Assembly (NCBI RefSeq): GCF_009914755.1
Contig: NC_060937.1
Direction: 5' to 3' (one strand)
DNA length: 64,000 nucleotides
Source: the human T2T-CHM13v2.0 reference genome, Homo sapiens
How positions within the stretch are numbered: the stretch's first letter is position 1; every line of letters starts with the position of its first letter. The translations under genes and the position numbers were made by a program. Shown here piece by piece: positions 1-16,750 of the stretch. Under the pieces are notes generated by a model that saw nothing but the letters and a program-made list of their open reading frames with translations, was not told the DNA's origin and made no database searches.

Positions 1-261
1 CATGTCTGCTTGATGTTCACATAAACAGCCCTTGAGGAGCAGAGTAAGGGCAGCCCAGCACGTGAATGGGCAGCAGTGAATTGCCTGCTCATGGTGCTGA
101 TAAGTTACATGCATGCACACCAGGCTCCATGTGGGCTGCCACTGCAGCATTTGTCCCAGGTGAATGAATGGGAAATGAGAGGCAAGTTCCACTGTGCTAA
201 GCATGCAGAATGACAAGGCCTCCTGGGAGCCTCCCACAGATGCTCCACCTGAGGGGACTCA

Positions 262-387
<126 letters not shown>

Positions 388-1103
388 TCACACCTAGGTC
401 TGGGGAGAGGAGCCAGGAGAGGGCTTCAGGCACCGGGCTGCCCCACCCTCAGCGGCCCCCAGTGAGGTCTCCACCTGGCGTGCTCAGAAGCCCCTGCCAA
501 TGGATCTTGCCCACAGGCCCCCCCCAAAGTGAGGCTTCCTAGAAAGCTGGGTGTGGGATGCTGTTGAGTGGGCCTGGCTCTCTTCCACTCGCCCTGATGT
601 TCCCAGAACCACCCACAGGTGGCATCCCATTTCAGGGCGAGCTCCAGGGCAGCGACAAACCACAAGGAGTGGGAGGAGCGGGAGGAGAAAAGCGGCAGGA
701 GCTGAGGGAGCCAGTTGCCCATCCTGTAGCCACAGTCCCACAGAGGACAAACACGGCTGAGGGCCACAGTCCTTCTCTAGCAGATGATCTCGCCTCCAGG
801 GCTTCATGACATCTTTAGAAGAGGAATGAGAGCCAGGTCCCAGGACAGGGTCAGGAGACAGGTATGGTCAACTTTGTGTGGCAGAGGCACATACACTGGG
901 GGAATTAAGCTCCTGAGCCGGCTCTGGGGACAAGAAGTAAACCTGCCTGACTCACTGGGCTCAGGAAGCCAAGGCCCTGTTACACAAGTCACCACTAACC
1001 ACTCAGACACAAGGGAGACTGAGGCAGGAATGCTGTGATTACAAACTTGATCTCTCCTCAGCCCATGGAGGAGCACTCTGGAACTTTTCATTGCCATGTT
1101 CCT

Positions 1104-1135
1104 GGGGGCAGGGGGCAGGGAGCAGGGGGCGGGGG
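1104..1135 (+). other. G-quadruplex-capable G-run cluster (intron 19)
   Basis: gggggcagggggcagggagcagggggcggggg: five G-runs with 1-4 nt loops. Confidence 0.6.
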
Positions 1136-1190
1136 AGAGATGGTTCTTAAGGAGGGGGAATGAGGGGGAATTACAAAGCAGAAAAATCTA

Positions 1191-1515
<325 letters not shown>

Positions 1516-1835
1516 TGATCATTTGTGTAACTCAGAGTGAAACTTGGGCAGGATTAATGTTCAGGATAAGGTTCTGAAACACCAATAATTGTGCCTAGCA
1601 TGTAGCAGATGCCCCATAATTCTTACTAATGATTATTTCTCAGACTATATGACTTAACAAATGGCTCAGAAAATAAGGCCACAATAAAATAGGGATCAGA
1701 AAATACAGCCAAGCATCTCCACTAGCTTTTTAGAAAGGACCAGAGTGAATGAAGGTTTCAGGTCCTCTCCACAGTTTCTCATTTAAAGACATATAAAGCA
1801 GGGGACATGAAAAAAAAAAAAAAACAGCCTTTCTA

Positions 1836-2349
<514 letters not shown>

Positions 2350-3639
2350 CTAAGACAAAAGGAAGGCAATGCCTAGTGTTGGCAAAAGGTATCAGATAGC
2401 AGCAGAAACCTCAAGTTACCCTTGCCCCCTCTGCCCTCGGCCTCTGGGTCCAGTCAGTGATGTTGGTCAACCACACCCTGCAGGTTTGCTGTCACAGGGC
2501 CAGTTTATCCCTGGCTCCTGCCCCAACACCCTGCACTGGTTTAGGCCCTGTCCTTTTCTGGATGTGCAAACAACCCCCTTGCTGGTCTCCCTGTCCACGG
2601 CTCAGTCCTCCAACTGTCTTCTCCATGTGCTGCCCCCATGGTCTTTCCAAAGCATCCGTCCGGCCATGTCCCTCCCTACTCTCCTGCTTCACATCCAGTA
2701 GACCCCATGCATCTCCCAGAGGAGGGCAGCTCAACTCTTGGGTCTGCTTCCGAGGGTCCCAGAGTCCCAGGGTCCCAGGGTCTGGCAGCTGGTGCCACAC
2801 TTGACCATACCATTCAGCTCCCCGCGGCATCTCCAAACCGCCGTGCTACTCTGTGCCCCTGGGAAATGCTCCTGCTGCCTGCTCTGTCCTGGGAAGGTGC
2901 AGTTTTCCTTTCCTAGTCCCTTTCCCGCTTCTCAGATCTACACAGTCACTGGTCCACCTTCCTGCAAGACCATGAGCCCGTCAAGGGCAGACCCCCCTTC
3001 ACTCCTCACAGAGCCTGGCCCCACACCTGCCTGTCACATTCGTGGTGCTTCGTAAGTGCCTGCTGAATAGATGAACAAGTGCTAGCCAGAAAAGGGGGGA
3101 AGGACGCTAAACAGGTCCATAATTAGCAAGGAGGACCATGGAAAACAGGGGTACTGCTGCTTCCCTCAAGGAACACAATTAAGCTTTCAGAAGCCTAGAG
3201 CTCTGCACACATTTGGAGGTGCATAATTTCTAGGAATCCAAACTGGAGCCGCTGCTGTGTGAGAAGTCAGGCAGCCATCCAGTGGTGCTGTCCTCACAGA
3301 CCAAACTCAGCATCAGGGGCTGCTGGAGAACTGCCCAGGAGTCACTTATCTGAGCACCCCAGTGAGAAGAGCTGAGCTGGCAAAATCTTCCCTTAACATA
3401 AAGGTTAGAAAATGTCTATCTCAGCCCTTAGGTCACATACTTTTTTTTCCATTGCAAAGACTGGGAAACGGTTAGAGAACCCTGGAACTCCTTTTTTTCC
3501 AGGATGCATGCGCCCAAGCTCCAGGGAAGAGATCTTCGCACAGCACCACAGTGCTCACGTGCAACACTACATGGCCACAGAATGAAACACGTGGAGAGAA
3601 AAGCATCCAGCAAGGGAGAAAGAGCAGGAGTACAGCTCA

Positions 3640-3939
<300 letters not shown>

Positions 3940-4668
3940 TCATCATATAATATTATGTGCAAAAAACAAAACATCAAATTATATAACACAATGTGGTTTT
4001 TTTGCTTTTTAAAAAGTACATGCATTTACGGATGTACACAAAAGTCTGGAAGCAATATAATTGAAATCTTCGCAGTGGCTCCCCAAGGAATAGGATTACG
4101 AGTGATTTCATTTTCTCCTTTATAGCTGAATTTTCCAAACTTTCTGCAAGGAGCACGTATGACACTTTGCGAAGTGCCTGGCTTGTAATAAGAATTCAAT
4201 ACACATTAGCTACTAAAATTCAAGAGACATAACAGATATCACTTAAAGTGATAAATGTCCAAACTAGAAAATCAATCCTTCGTCTTTTCCTGCAGAAAAC
4301 ATTTCGGCAGAATTTCTCTTTGAGTGAATCTTAGCTATAGAAGCAGGAGGGCTTTTAGGGCTGAGGTGTGAATGAGAACAGAGTAAGGGATGACATACGA
4401 GAGGGCACGACTCCTTTAGTTGTGCCAATTCTGGTTTGATAGCCGAGGGGCGGGTGGATTTACAAAGACTTAGAAAAAGGGAAAAAAGAGAGAGAATGTG
4501 AGAGAAAGACATATTTGGCTGGAGCATTCAAAAGGTGTCATGTATTTTATTTCTTGCTTGCATATACTGTTACTTCTATTAGCAGAAACTAACATTAACA
4601 AAGTAAAGACTCTAATCTCTCTGGGATGTAAAGCCCAGGATAGAATCTGAGCACTAAAACACATGCAG

Positions 4669-4670
<2 letters not shown>

Positions 4671-4699
<29 letters not shown>

Positions 4700-4982
4700 G
4701 AGACAGAGTTACGCTCTTGTTGCCCAGGCTGGAGGGCAGTGGTGTGATCTTGGCTCACCACAACCTCCAACTCCCGGGTTCAAGCAATTCTCCTGCCTCA
4801 GCCTCCCAAGTAGCTGGGATTAGAGGCATGCGCCACCACACCCCGCTAATTTTTTTATTTTTAGTAGAGACGGGGTTTCTCCATGTTGGTCAGACTGGTC
4901 TCGAACTCCCGACCTCAGGTGATCCACCCACCTCAGCCTCCCAAAGTGCTGGGATTACAGGCGTGAGCCACCGCACCTGGCC
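4671..4982 (-). mobile_element. Alu (AluS-like)
   Basis: 29-nt poly-T, full reverse dimeric Alu ending gtgagccaccgcacctggcc. Confidence 0.95.
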
Positions 4983-5042
4983 AACACACAGTCTTGAGAC
5001 CTGTACTCTGTGCGACACCAGTCTGTATAAAGCAGATAGAAG

Positions 5043-5352
5043 GGCAGGTGCGGTGGCTCACGCCTGTAATCCCAGCACTTTGGGAGGCCAAGGCAAGCAG
5101 ATCACCTGAGGTCAGGAGTTCGAGACCAGCCTGGTGAAACCCCGTCTCTACTAAAAATACAAAATGTAGCTGGGCGTGGTGGCGGGGGCCTGTAATCCCA
5201 GCTACTCAGGAGTCTGAGGCAGGAGAATTGCTTGAACCCGGAAGGTGGAGCTTGTAGTGAGACAAGTCACACCACTCCACTGCACTACAGCCTGGGTGAC
5301 AAGAGGGAAACTCAGTCTAAAAAAGAAAAAGAAAGTAATAATAAATAAATAA
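5043..5352 (+). mobile_element. Alu (AluS-like)
   Basis: ggcaggtgcggtggctcacgcctgtaatcccagc..., A-rich tail; imperfect TSD taaagcagatag/taaagcagacag. Confidence 0.95.
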
Positions 5353-5670
5353 AGCAGACAGAGAAGGGTGGCATGGATCTCATTATTTAAATGCATCCTG
5401 TAGTTAAACCTGCTGGGAAGTGAATTCCTGCTCTGTCTGCAGGGATGAAGGAGAAGGATGACTCTGAACTGCCCACCTGGACAAGAGCAATGATGATGAC
5501 ACAGACAGTTTAGAATTCCAAGGTCAAGGAGACTGAGGCCAGACCAGAGCTGCTCTGGGGCCAAGATGGAGCCAGTGGAAAGAATGAAGAGAAAAGACAA
5601 AAAGACAATCTTCTGGAAAACAGGCCTGAAATTAAGAGAGGAAGGCTTTTGTTTGTCTTCTTTTCTTTTA

Positions 5671-5898
<228 letters not shown>

Positions 5899-6882
5899 TC
5901 AAAAGAGGCTGTGGTTATTTCTAAATGGTCCAATTTCACTGTGAACTAAAAACCATGCAATCCTTTTAACAGCAAAATATCCTTTTAACCATTCTGAAAA
6001 ACTGTAACCTTGTAAGCACCTCTTGTGACAGCATCCTTTAGGACAAAAAAAAAAAAAGTAAAATTAATGTGTAGGACATGTGGGTATGAATTAAGATGGG
6101 GCATTAATAGTACATGCTACATGGGTGGAAATGGTATAAACGTATTAAACATAAGGCAATGTCCGTCTTTGTCTTAGAAGTATCCACTGATTCTTTTTCT
6201 GCAGGGATTAGAAGCACTCAGGTATTTGCCCAGCACACAAAGCAAGTGTTGACTACATTCATTACTGCTTGGTATCAACAACCCCAGGTGAATCAACAAA
6301 TAATCAGACACGTCTACATGAAATGTTTAAAACTGTAACTCCCGAGGCTAATGCACCTCTCACCTATCACTTTCTAACAGCGTGTGCTGCTAGCTGAGGT
6401 GTCACTGAACGGCCAGGCTCTGGAAGCTCTCATGGAAAGGCCATCCTGGGGTTTTAAAGGCTGGAAGGTGGTGGATGGCTTCTAACCACACAATCTAAGC
6501 CACAATTTCACTACCAACACTTAGGAAAAACACTAGTCACAGATTTTGAGTGTTTTCCACCCTTTATTCTGGTGGCTGGCAAGCTACCTTGAGAATAAAA
6601 AAGGCCATTCTTCAAAAGCAGCTGTCCCTCCAAGCAGTGTCCCTTCCTGGCTTGGGCAGACATTTCCCTCTGCTTTCCCTGACTTTTTCTGCCTGCTTTG
6701 TAAATACCAGAATTCTACCATACAGAATGGAAACAGGAAGAACGAAAGTGGAATTCCCGTCTGTCTACTCTGTAGCTTATGAGAAGCAAGACCGATATGG
6801 GATAAGAAAGAGGAGAATCAAAATCATGGGTCAGCTAAACAATGCTCTATGAATTTAAGGCAGCCATAAGCAACAAAATTTA

Positions 6883-7386
<504 letters not shown>

Positions 7387-7747
7387 TTAAGATAGTGACT
7401 AGTAACTTGTAATTATTTCTCCCTCCTTTGGTAAAGATATTATAGCTGTAAGTTGAATGAGACTATTTTAAACAGCCTAAAATCCTTCCCTGGGTGGGTG
7501 CCTCATGACAGTGAACAGGTTACCGACTGGAAAGGAAAAAGGCAACTCATATCAAACACCTCAAATTAAAGAGGACTGCAGATGCCAAAGAGAGGGAGAT
7601 GTGAATTTTATGTTGCAAATAATTTCATTAAAAACAATGGAATAAGTAGTGTTAACAAAGCTCTTTGAGACTATCAAGAGATAACTGCCTGTATATCAGA
7701 CCCTGGAGGAGGAGGGGACAAGGTGGCAGGGTAAAGGAATGGCTGGG

Positions 7748-9084
<1,337 letters not shown>

Positions 9085-10579
9085 CTAACGTGATCCTCTG
9101 TCGTTCAATCTCAGGGTTCAACAACTCCCACTGCAAAGAAACTGTTTCCCTATGTGTCCAGTCAAACCAGCCACACTGAGGCTTGACCTTGACCAGGCAA
9201 AGCCAGAAACCCTCAGTCGGCTGTACAGGAGATGGCACAGCACTGTCCCCCAGACAGTGACACCATCCACATACTCCCCCACATCAGGTCAGGAGTCAGG
9301 ACCCTGAGGGACACCTGCCTCCCTGTCCACTGCCATCCGCCGAGCCCAACCTCAGCTTCCTTTTGCCTGCCTAAGTGCAAAAGCTACTGGGAATAGAGTC
9401 CTCACACTCTGAGTTCAAGAAAGGAAAGGACTATTCTATGGCCATAATGACAAACAAACCCCCAGAGCCAGTTTTAAGTTGGTCACACTTAGTCAATGGC
9501 AGTCTGCAGAGTCCCCACACCTCTGGGCTCAGATATGGGCAGCAGCTACATTCAGGTACCTGCACTTCCATGACCAGGGCCAGTCGAGCCCTGAGCCCTG
9601 CTTCTGAAAGTCCAGTAATTCCTGAAGTGTATAATTTTACCCATTTAAGGCCAGCAGGTTGCTCTTCTCAGACCATGTCCCACAAGCAGGGTTCTCCCTT
9701 ACAAGCAAACAATAATTCAGCTTTTTGTTTCTGATGCTGAGCGGTGGCCTTCCTTCCTTCAACACACTTAACTCATCTTCCTCCAGGGATTCTTGCCAGC
9801 TTTCAGCGCAACCTTAACACTGCAGCCGGAATGATCTTCCCAACACACGATCCAGTCACATCACGTGGGTATGCCATCCCCTACGTGGCTTCTAGGCTAA
9901 CGTTCAGAACACTTTACTAAATCTTCAGCCTTTGGATTCTGGCCCCTCCCTCAACGGCCTCATCTCTGGTTCCTCTCTCTCAATGATTTTCTTCCAGTTC
10001 CTCATTTGCTCATTCAACAGATAACTTCTGAATGCACTTGATGTCTCAGGTTAGATGCTGGGGATACCGCGGGGAGGGGAAGTTCCACCTCCACAGGTGC
10101 TTTCCACCTTCTGTCCCCATTTTGGAACACTCTTCCCCAGCTCCGTTGTCCAGCTCTCACTCAACAGTAAGGTCTCAGATGAACGTTCGTATTCGCTTCC
10201 CTGACCACCTGCAGCACCCTTGTCCCTGAGTCGAGCACCCCAAGTCTAGGATTGGCCCCTGTTCAAGTGTCCCCAGGACGTCAAGCACCACCAGTCAATA
10301 CTCAGTATCTCGTAATACTCAGTCAGCTTTGCTATTTACTTTTTCACTGTCTGTCTTTCCCCCTGGTGGGCTCCTTGGCGGCTGGAAACCATGACCATCG
10401 CCAGAACCCAGTGCAGGGCTCACACGCAGTGAGTGCCCAGCAAATACTGATTAAATAGGTGAAAGTGTGGAAGGCCAGAGGTTAGTAAGTTGGGCAAAAG
10501 GAAGACTCTTCACAAACACCGTCACTCACTCTTCACTCCCCAGGGTCACAGGACCCACCACTAATCCCACAGATGTCAC

Positions 10580-10770
10580 GGTGGGGCTTTTGTCCTGAAG
10601 CCTGGCTACCTGGGTGTGAATCCCAGCTCTGCCTCTGGTTAGCTGCAGGCGTTTGGTCAAGTTACCTAATCTCCTCCTGCTGCAGTTTCCTCATCTGTAA
10701 AATGGGAATGATAAGCACCTACCACACAGAGTTGTTAATGCAATTAAATCAAGTAATGTTGATAAAGCGT
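10580..10770 (+). mobile_element. MIR
   Basis: MIR core cctgggtgtgaatcccagctctgcc...cagtttcctcatctgtaaaatgggaatgataa. Confidence 0.8.
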
Positions 10771-10944
10771 TCCATTATATGACTGGTGGCTACTCTGTTG
10801 CTACTGTTGTTATTCCCAGTTATACTTGACTTCCTATTCTATGTAATTAACACTGCTGTCTTGAGTGGCTCTCAGGCTTTTCTCTCAATGTGAAATAGTA
10901 AACAGATACTACTTTCATCTCTCAGGATGGGGAAAGCCGTGCTA

Positions 10945-11184
<240 letters not shown>

Positions 11185-11414
11185 TCAATAAGGAAGCTCC
11201 CAGAACTCTAATCACATAAGGACATTTCAGGGGGGCACTGGACACAACGTGACGAACTTGGGTTCCGGAAACAGATGGTATTCCACACTGCTCTGCCATC
11301 ATAGAGAACACGTTACTGCTCTCCACATCCCAGCTATCCAACTTCATCCTACAGGTTTCCCTCAAAGAGGCATTACAGGAGCAGAGTCAAATAAAAGCCC
11401 TTGATAGGGGAAAG

Positions 11415-11600
11415 CAGACTCTGGAGATGGACCACACAGATCCAGATCCTGGTTTCCTCATACACAAAATGGAGATGATAATGCATAGCTCATAAATTGT
11501 GGCAAGGATTGAATGAGGCAATACACATATAAACATATAAATATACACAGTACATAACACCTGGCATAGGAGCGGCATTTAAGAAACAGTAACTATTATC
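11415..11600 (+). mobile_element. MIR
   Basis: gtttcctcatacacaaaatggagatgataat...gtggcaaggattgaatgag...cctggcatag. Confidence 0.7.
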
Positions 11601-12937
11601 GTTATTTTTCTCATCATTAGGAAAGCTTAAAAATGCTATTCTAAGGTGATAATCATATAAATAAGAAAAGATGCAAGGATATTTACCACAGTGTTTTGTT
11701 TTGTTTTTGTAATGATAAAAAATGGAAACAACCAATACGGAATTGGTTAATTAAACTGTAGGTGTGATGTATATAATGGGATACGAGGCAACTATTGGAA
11801 TGATGATGGAACATACTGATATGGAAAGGTACCAGCAGCACTGCAAAATTAAAAAGCAAGTACAAAATCGCATGTGCTGGGATTTATTCGTGCAAAAATC
11901 TCCGCCTGTATCTGAATACAGCATTTCAACAATACTGGAAAGGTATCCACCAATATGCAAAAAAATTACTTCTAGGGATATGATTTGGAGGTATCTTTAT
12001 TTTCTTCTCTGTATTTTTCACTATTTTTTCTTTGTACCCAAAACAAACAAAATATGACCTACTTTCCAGACACTTGGTATTATTTGCATTCTGAGAGCTT
12101 GAATTATCTTGGTTTATTTTTAAAAATGGCTGGTGGCTATGGAGTATAATCAAGAGATACTATGTTCACTTACTTATAGTAAAAAGCACAGTTGTCTAAG
12201 GTAAGGCTATGGACCACAGCCTCTTTAGCTTCCATCTACATTTTATTATTTCACTCTGAAAGGCAGGATTCTAAAATAATGTATTATTAAAGGGGTCTTT
12301 TAATTTTCATAGAAACAGTTATATTTAGGTAGAGGGATATATTAAGATTTTTAGACATAAAGATTATGTAATCTTTTTTAAAAATACACTAATTCTTGTC
12401 AAAATCACACCTGGCATTCTGATAGGACTGGGTGGACTTCTGGAAGTTACCATGAGCCCTTCTCTACAATGACTTTTGTACAGCAGAGAGATGACAGTAT
12501 CTTAAAGGAACATGCAGTACCTCATTTGCCAGCATCCTCCCTGATATTGCAGATAAAAACAAAAGAAGCCAAAGTAAGATGGAAAGGCATGGAACAGCAG
12601 AAAGCCACAGATTCCAACTTGTTTAGGACTGAGTCTTCCCATGGCCATATGCCAACGCACTGCTTTCCCGAAAAAGCCGAAATTATAGGCAGTCAGGTGC
12701 CATGGATAGCCACAGGCACATTCTACCAATATATCTGTAAGTTACTTTTAAGAGCACTGAGGTTCCTTAGATGTCAGAAAGTGTTTAACTTGAACATTGT
12801 TCAATTTAAGATGGGAAATTTGAGGGAGAAAATACATCCTAGTAAATGACATGTGTCCTGAGAATATTTGATATACTTTTAATTATGTGAAGGATTTTTT
12901 TTAAAAGAAAAAAATTATCCATTCTGTATTTGTACTT

Positions 12938-13080
12938 TTTGCTACGTTGCCCAGGTTGGAGTGCAGTGGCTATTCACAGGCACGATCATAGCACACTACA
13001 GCCTCAAACTCCTGGACTCAAATGATCCTCTGCCTTAGCCTCCCAAGTAGCTGAGTCTACAGGTGCATCACCACACCCAG
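12938..13080 (-). mobile_element. FAM (fossil Alu monomer, 7SL-derived)
   Basis: Contains 7SL/FAM-specific ggagtgcagtggctattcacaggcacgatcatagcacactacagcctc, absent from dimeric Alus. Confidence 0.75.
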
Positions 13081-13222
13081 TATGGTTTCTCATTCTATGG
13101 CTCTATGGTATAACAAGCACTAGACTGGGCTAGGAATAAGATAAGGTAAAAACATTGTTCCGCTCATTGTGCCATTACCAAATACTGTTCTAAGTGTGCC
13201 ATTAGCTTTTTAAGTACATTAT

Positions 13223-13368
13223 CAAGGTTTCAACCTCAGTGCTACTGACATTTGGGGCCAGATAACTCTTTGTTGTAGGGCCTGTGATGTGCCTTGCAGG
13301 ATGTTTAGCAGCATCCCCCCAGTCACAAACACCGAAAATGTCACAGCTGCCAACTGAGAATCACAGAT
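13223..13368. mobile_element. MER20-like hAT DNA transposon remnant
   Basis: tcaacctcagtgctactgacatttggggccagataactctttgttgt...gcaggatgtttagcagcatccc. Confidence 0.75.
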
Positions 13369-13567
13369 GTAATATAGCTTTTATTCCTCAAGCAGATATG
13401 TTTTTTTGAGGGGTGGCCTGTATTTTCCTTTCTTTTTCTGAGGTTTAATAAAACCATATTTCCTAAGATAGTGTTCTTCAACCACTTTTTTAAACTCAAA
13501 AATGTATATTCCATTGCCTCACATACAATGTTTAGTAAATATTTAACTATTATAAAAAGCTATTCAC

Positions 13568-13914
<347 letters not shown>

Positions 13915-14325
13915 TCAAAGATGGTACTGGTAAATATATACATCAAAAGATATTTTTCTTAAAATGTATTAAATAATATTATCATGCCATTGAGATTTAA
14001 AGTGAACTATTTTCTATGATGTATGCCTCATAACCTCAAAAAGGACCAATAATACATATTGTAAATGCTTCAAGCATTACAACTGAGCACCAATTGGTGT
14101 CTGTGAAAATTATCTAAGTAGAATGTAAAGGAGATCTTTAATAGAAACCTGCAGAAGGAGAGTGACTGTTTATCCTACTCTGGCTTAGATTTTGCTGTCA
14201 ATAAGAGAAGCAAGCAAATAAAATGTAATGAATAATTAAAGCCCAGTGAATCTAAGATATGAAAGAACAGGATCAATGTCAGTAGATTATTTAAAACACA
14301 ACCACCATATAGCCCAAGGCATTCA

Positions 14326-14466
<141 letters not shown>

Positions 14467-14634
14467 CTATGAAAATAAAACACCAAGACCATGGGAAATT
14501 ACAACCTATGAAGAAATAAAACACCACAAGCATGGATAAAGATTGGGATAATCTCCTTCATTTAACCACATTTACTAATCAATCTCTACTCAATAAAACT
14601 GTCTGATTTCCCAGAACTCTTCACATAATTTCTA

Positions 14635-14880
<246 letters not shown>

Positions 14881-14941
14881 TCATGTGACCTGACAGCTGC
14901 TATGATATCCTCCTGAGGGAACATGAAACAAGCCATCTCAC

Positions 14942-15069
14942 CTGTGATGAGGGACTCATCAGCCATGGTATTGCCTTCCAGGACTTTCCCATCCACTGGA
15001 AACTTTCCCCCAGGGACCACCTTGACGATATCGCCCCGCTGCACCAGCTCCATGGGGACTTGCTCCTCC
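14942..15069 (-). CDS. ATP7B: ATP7B exon 10 (128 nt; A-domain, TGE split across intron 10)
   Basis: [42 protein letters not shown](G); canonical AG/GT. Confidence 0.98.
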
Positions 15070-15180
15070 CTGCAACAAACGCCACTTATCACTCACATGG
15101 CCACTCATTCGGTCACCGGGTCAGGTTCTAGGCCAGCTGTTACAATAGTTACACTGTATTTGCTTATACTGAGCAACAGT

Positions 15181-16750
15181 ATTCATTTGATCTGTTCATT
15201 TACAGATATTTATCGTGCAGCTGCTGAATACCAGGCACTGTTCTAGGCACTGGTGATACAGCTGTGAATGGCACAGCAAAGGCCCTACTACCTCATGAAG
15301 ACAAGTTCTGTGGTAGAAATGGACAACAAGCAAGATAGAATCAGGTATTAAATATTAATAAGTGCTGTGATGAAAAAAACAAGGATAATGTGACTGGAGG
15401 GCTTCTTAGAGTGGCAGAGGGAGGAGGAGACATGGAAGGGCTTCTCTGGGAAGGTAACATTTAAGCTGAGACCTGCATGCCAAGAAGGTCCAACACACAC
15501 GGAAAGGAAGTTCACGGAGAGAAAACAACTGACACAAAGGTTTAAGGCAGGCAGGAAGGGTGCGTCTGAGAAACAGCAAGAAAGCAAGCAAGGCTGGCAG
15601 GAAGTAAGTGACGTGCAAGTTGAGGTCAGAGAAGCAGGCAGAGTCCAGATCATGCCGAGTCTCCTGGAGCAGAGCATGGGTTTTGGATGTAAGGCTTTTA
15701 GCAGGAAAGTGACACAATCTGATTCACATTTAAGTGATCTCTTTGGCTGCTGCATGAGAATGGGCTGTAGGGATGATCACAGGAGTGAGGGGGAGAGTCA
15801 GGCTGTTGCAGCAGCCCAAGCGGAAGATGGAAGTAACCTGGACTACAGAGAGAGGGAGAAGAAATACACAGCATATTCTTAGATCATGTGTTAACAAGAT
15901 GTGAAAATGCACTGAATATGAGGGTAAAGAAAGGAATCAAAGATGAGCTCCAAATTTTCATTTTGAGCAACTGGGTGGATAGAGAAACCATTTAATGAGA
16001 TGGAGATGATTATGGAGAAGCAGCTAAGGGAGGGTGAGGGAAGAGAAGGGGAGGGGATGGAGAGAAATGGTTCATTTTGACATGTCGGGTTTGAGATGCC
16101 TATTTGACTTCCACGTAGAAATGCCAACTAGGGAGCTGAAAATATGAGTCTGAAGTGGAAAGAAGAGGTCAGAGGTAGAGAACAAACCTGAGAGCTGTCA
16201 CATGTAGATAGCATTTAAAGCCATGAGATCATATAAGCGCCCCTAGGAGTGACGGAGAAAACACAGAAGGGGTCCTAGAACTCATCCCTGAGACACTCCA
16301 CTATCTGAAAGCTGAGCAGAAGCTGAAGGACCAGCCAGTGACACAGGAGGAAAATGAGAGTGGGGATGAGGAGGAGGAGGAGGGAGCACCCATCCAACCA
16401 CACCAAACGCTGCACAAGTAGTTCCACAGGGGCAAATATACGTAAAATTCATCACACTCTACACGTAGGGTTTGTGTGTTGCAGTGACTGTGAGTTACAC
16501 ATTGAAAAAAGAAAAAAAATCAAAGAAACAGACAAGGGGGAAATACTGGTGAGAGACTGAAATGAGGACTTAACACAAGCAATGTTGGATTGGGGTATAT
16601 GGAAATTACTTGATGGCACTGGCCAAACCAAGTTCAGAAACTGGTAAAGGCAGAGGCTCAACTAGAATGGGCTGAGAGAGCACGCAGTGAGAAGGCAAAG
16701 ACAACAGCGAAAGTCACGTTTTTAAAGAAGGCTTTTGTGAAGGAACAGAA
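15181..16750 (-). mobile_element. L2 (LINE-2) 3' portion, decayed
   Basis: Starts with reverse L2 tail attcattt...atatttat...ccaggcactgttctaggcactggtgatacag, continues as purine-rich L2-like sequence; right boundary approximate. Confidence 0.7.

Noticed and set aside
4717-5109. 130-aa ORF and similar ORFs at 13606, 27461, 28126, 55495, 57516
   Set aside because: Translations of Alu sequence
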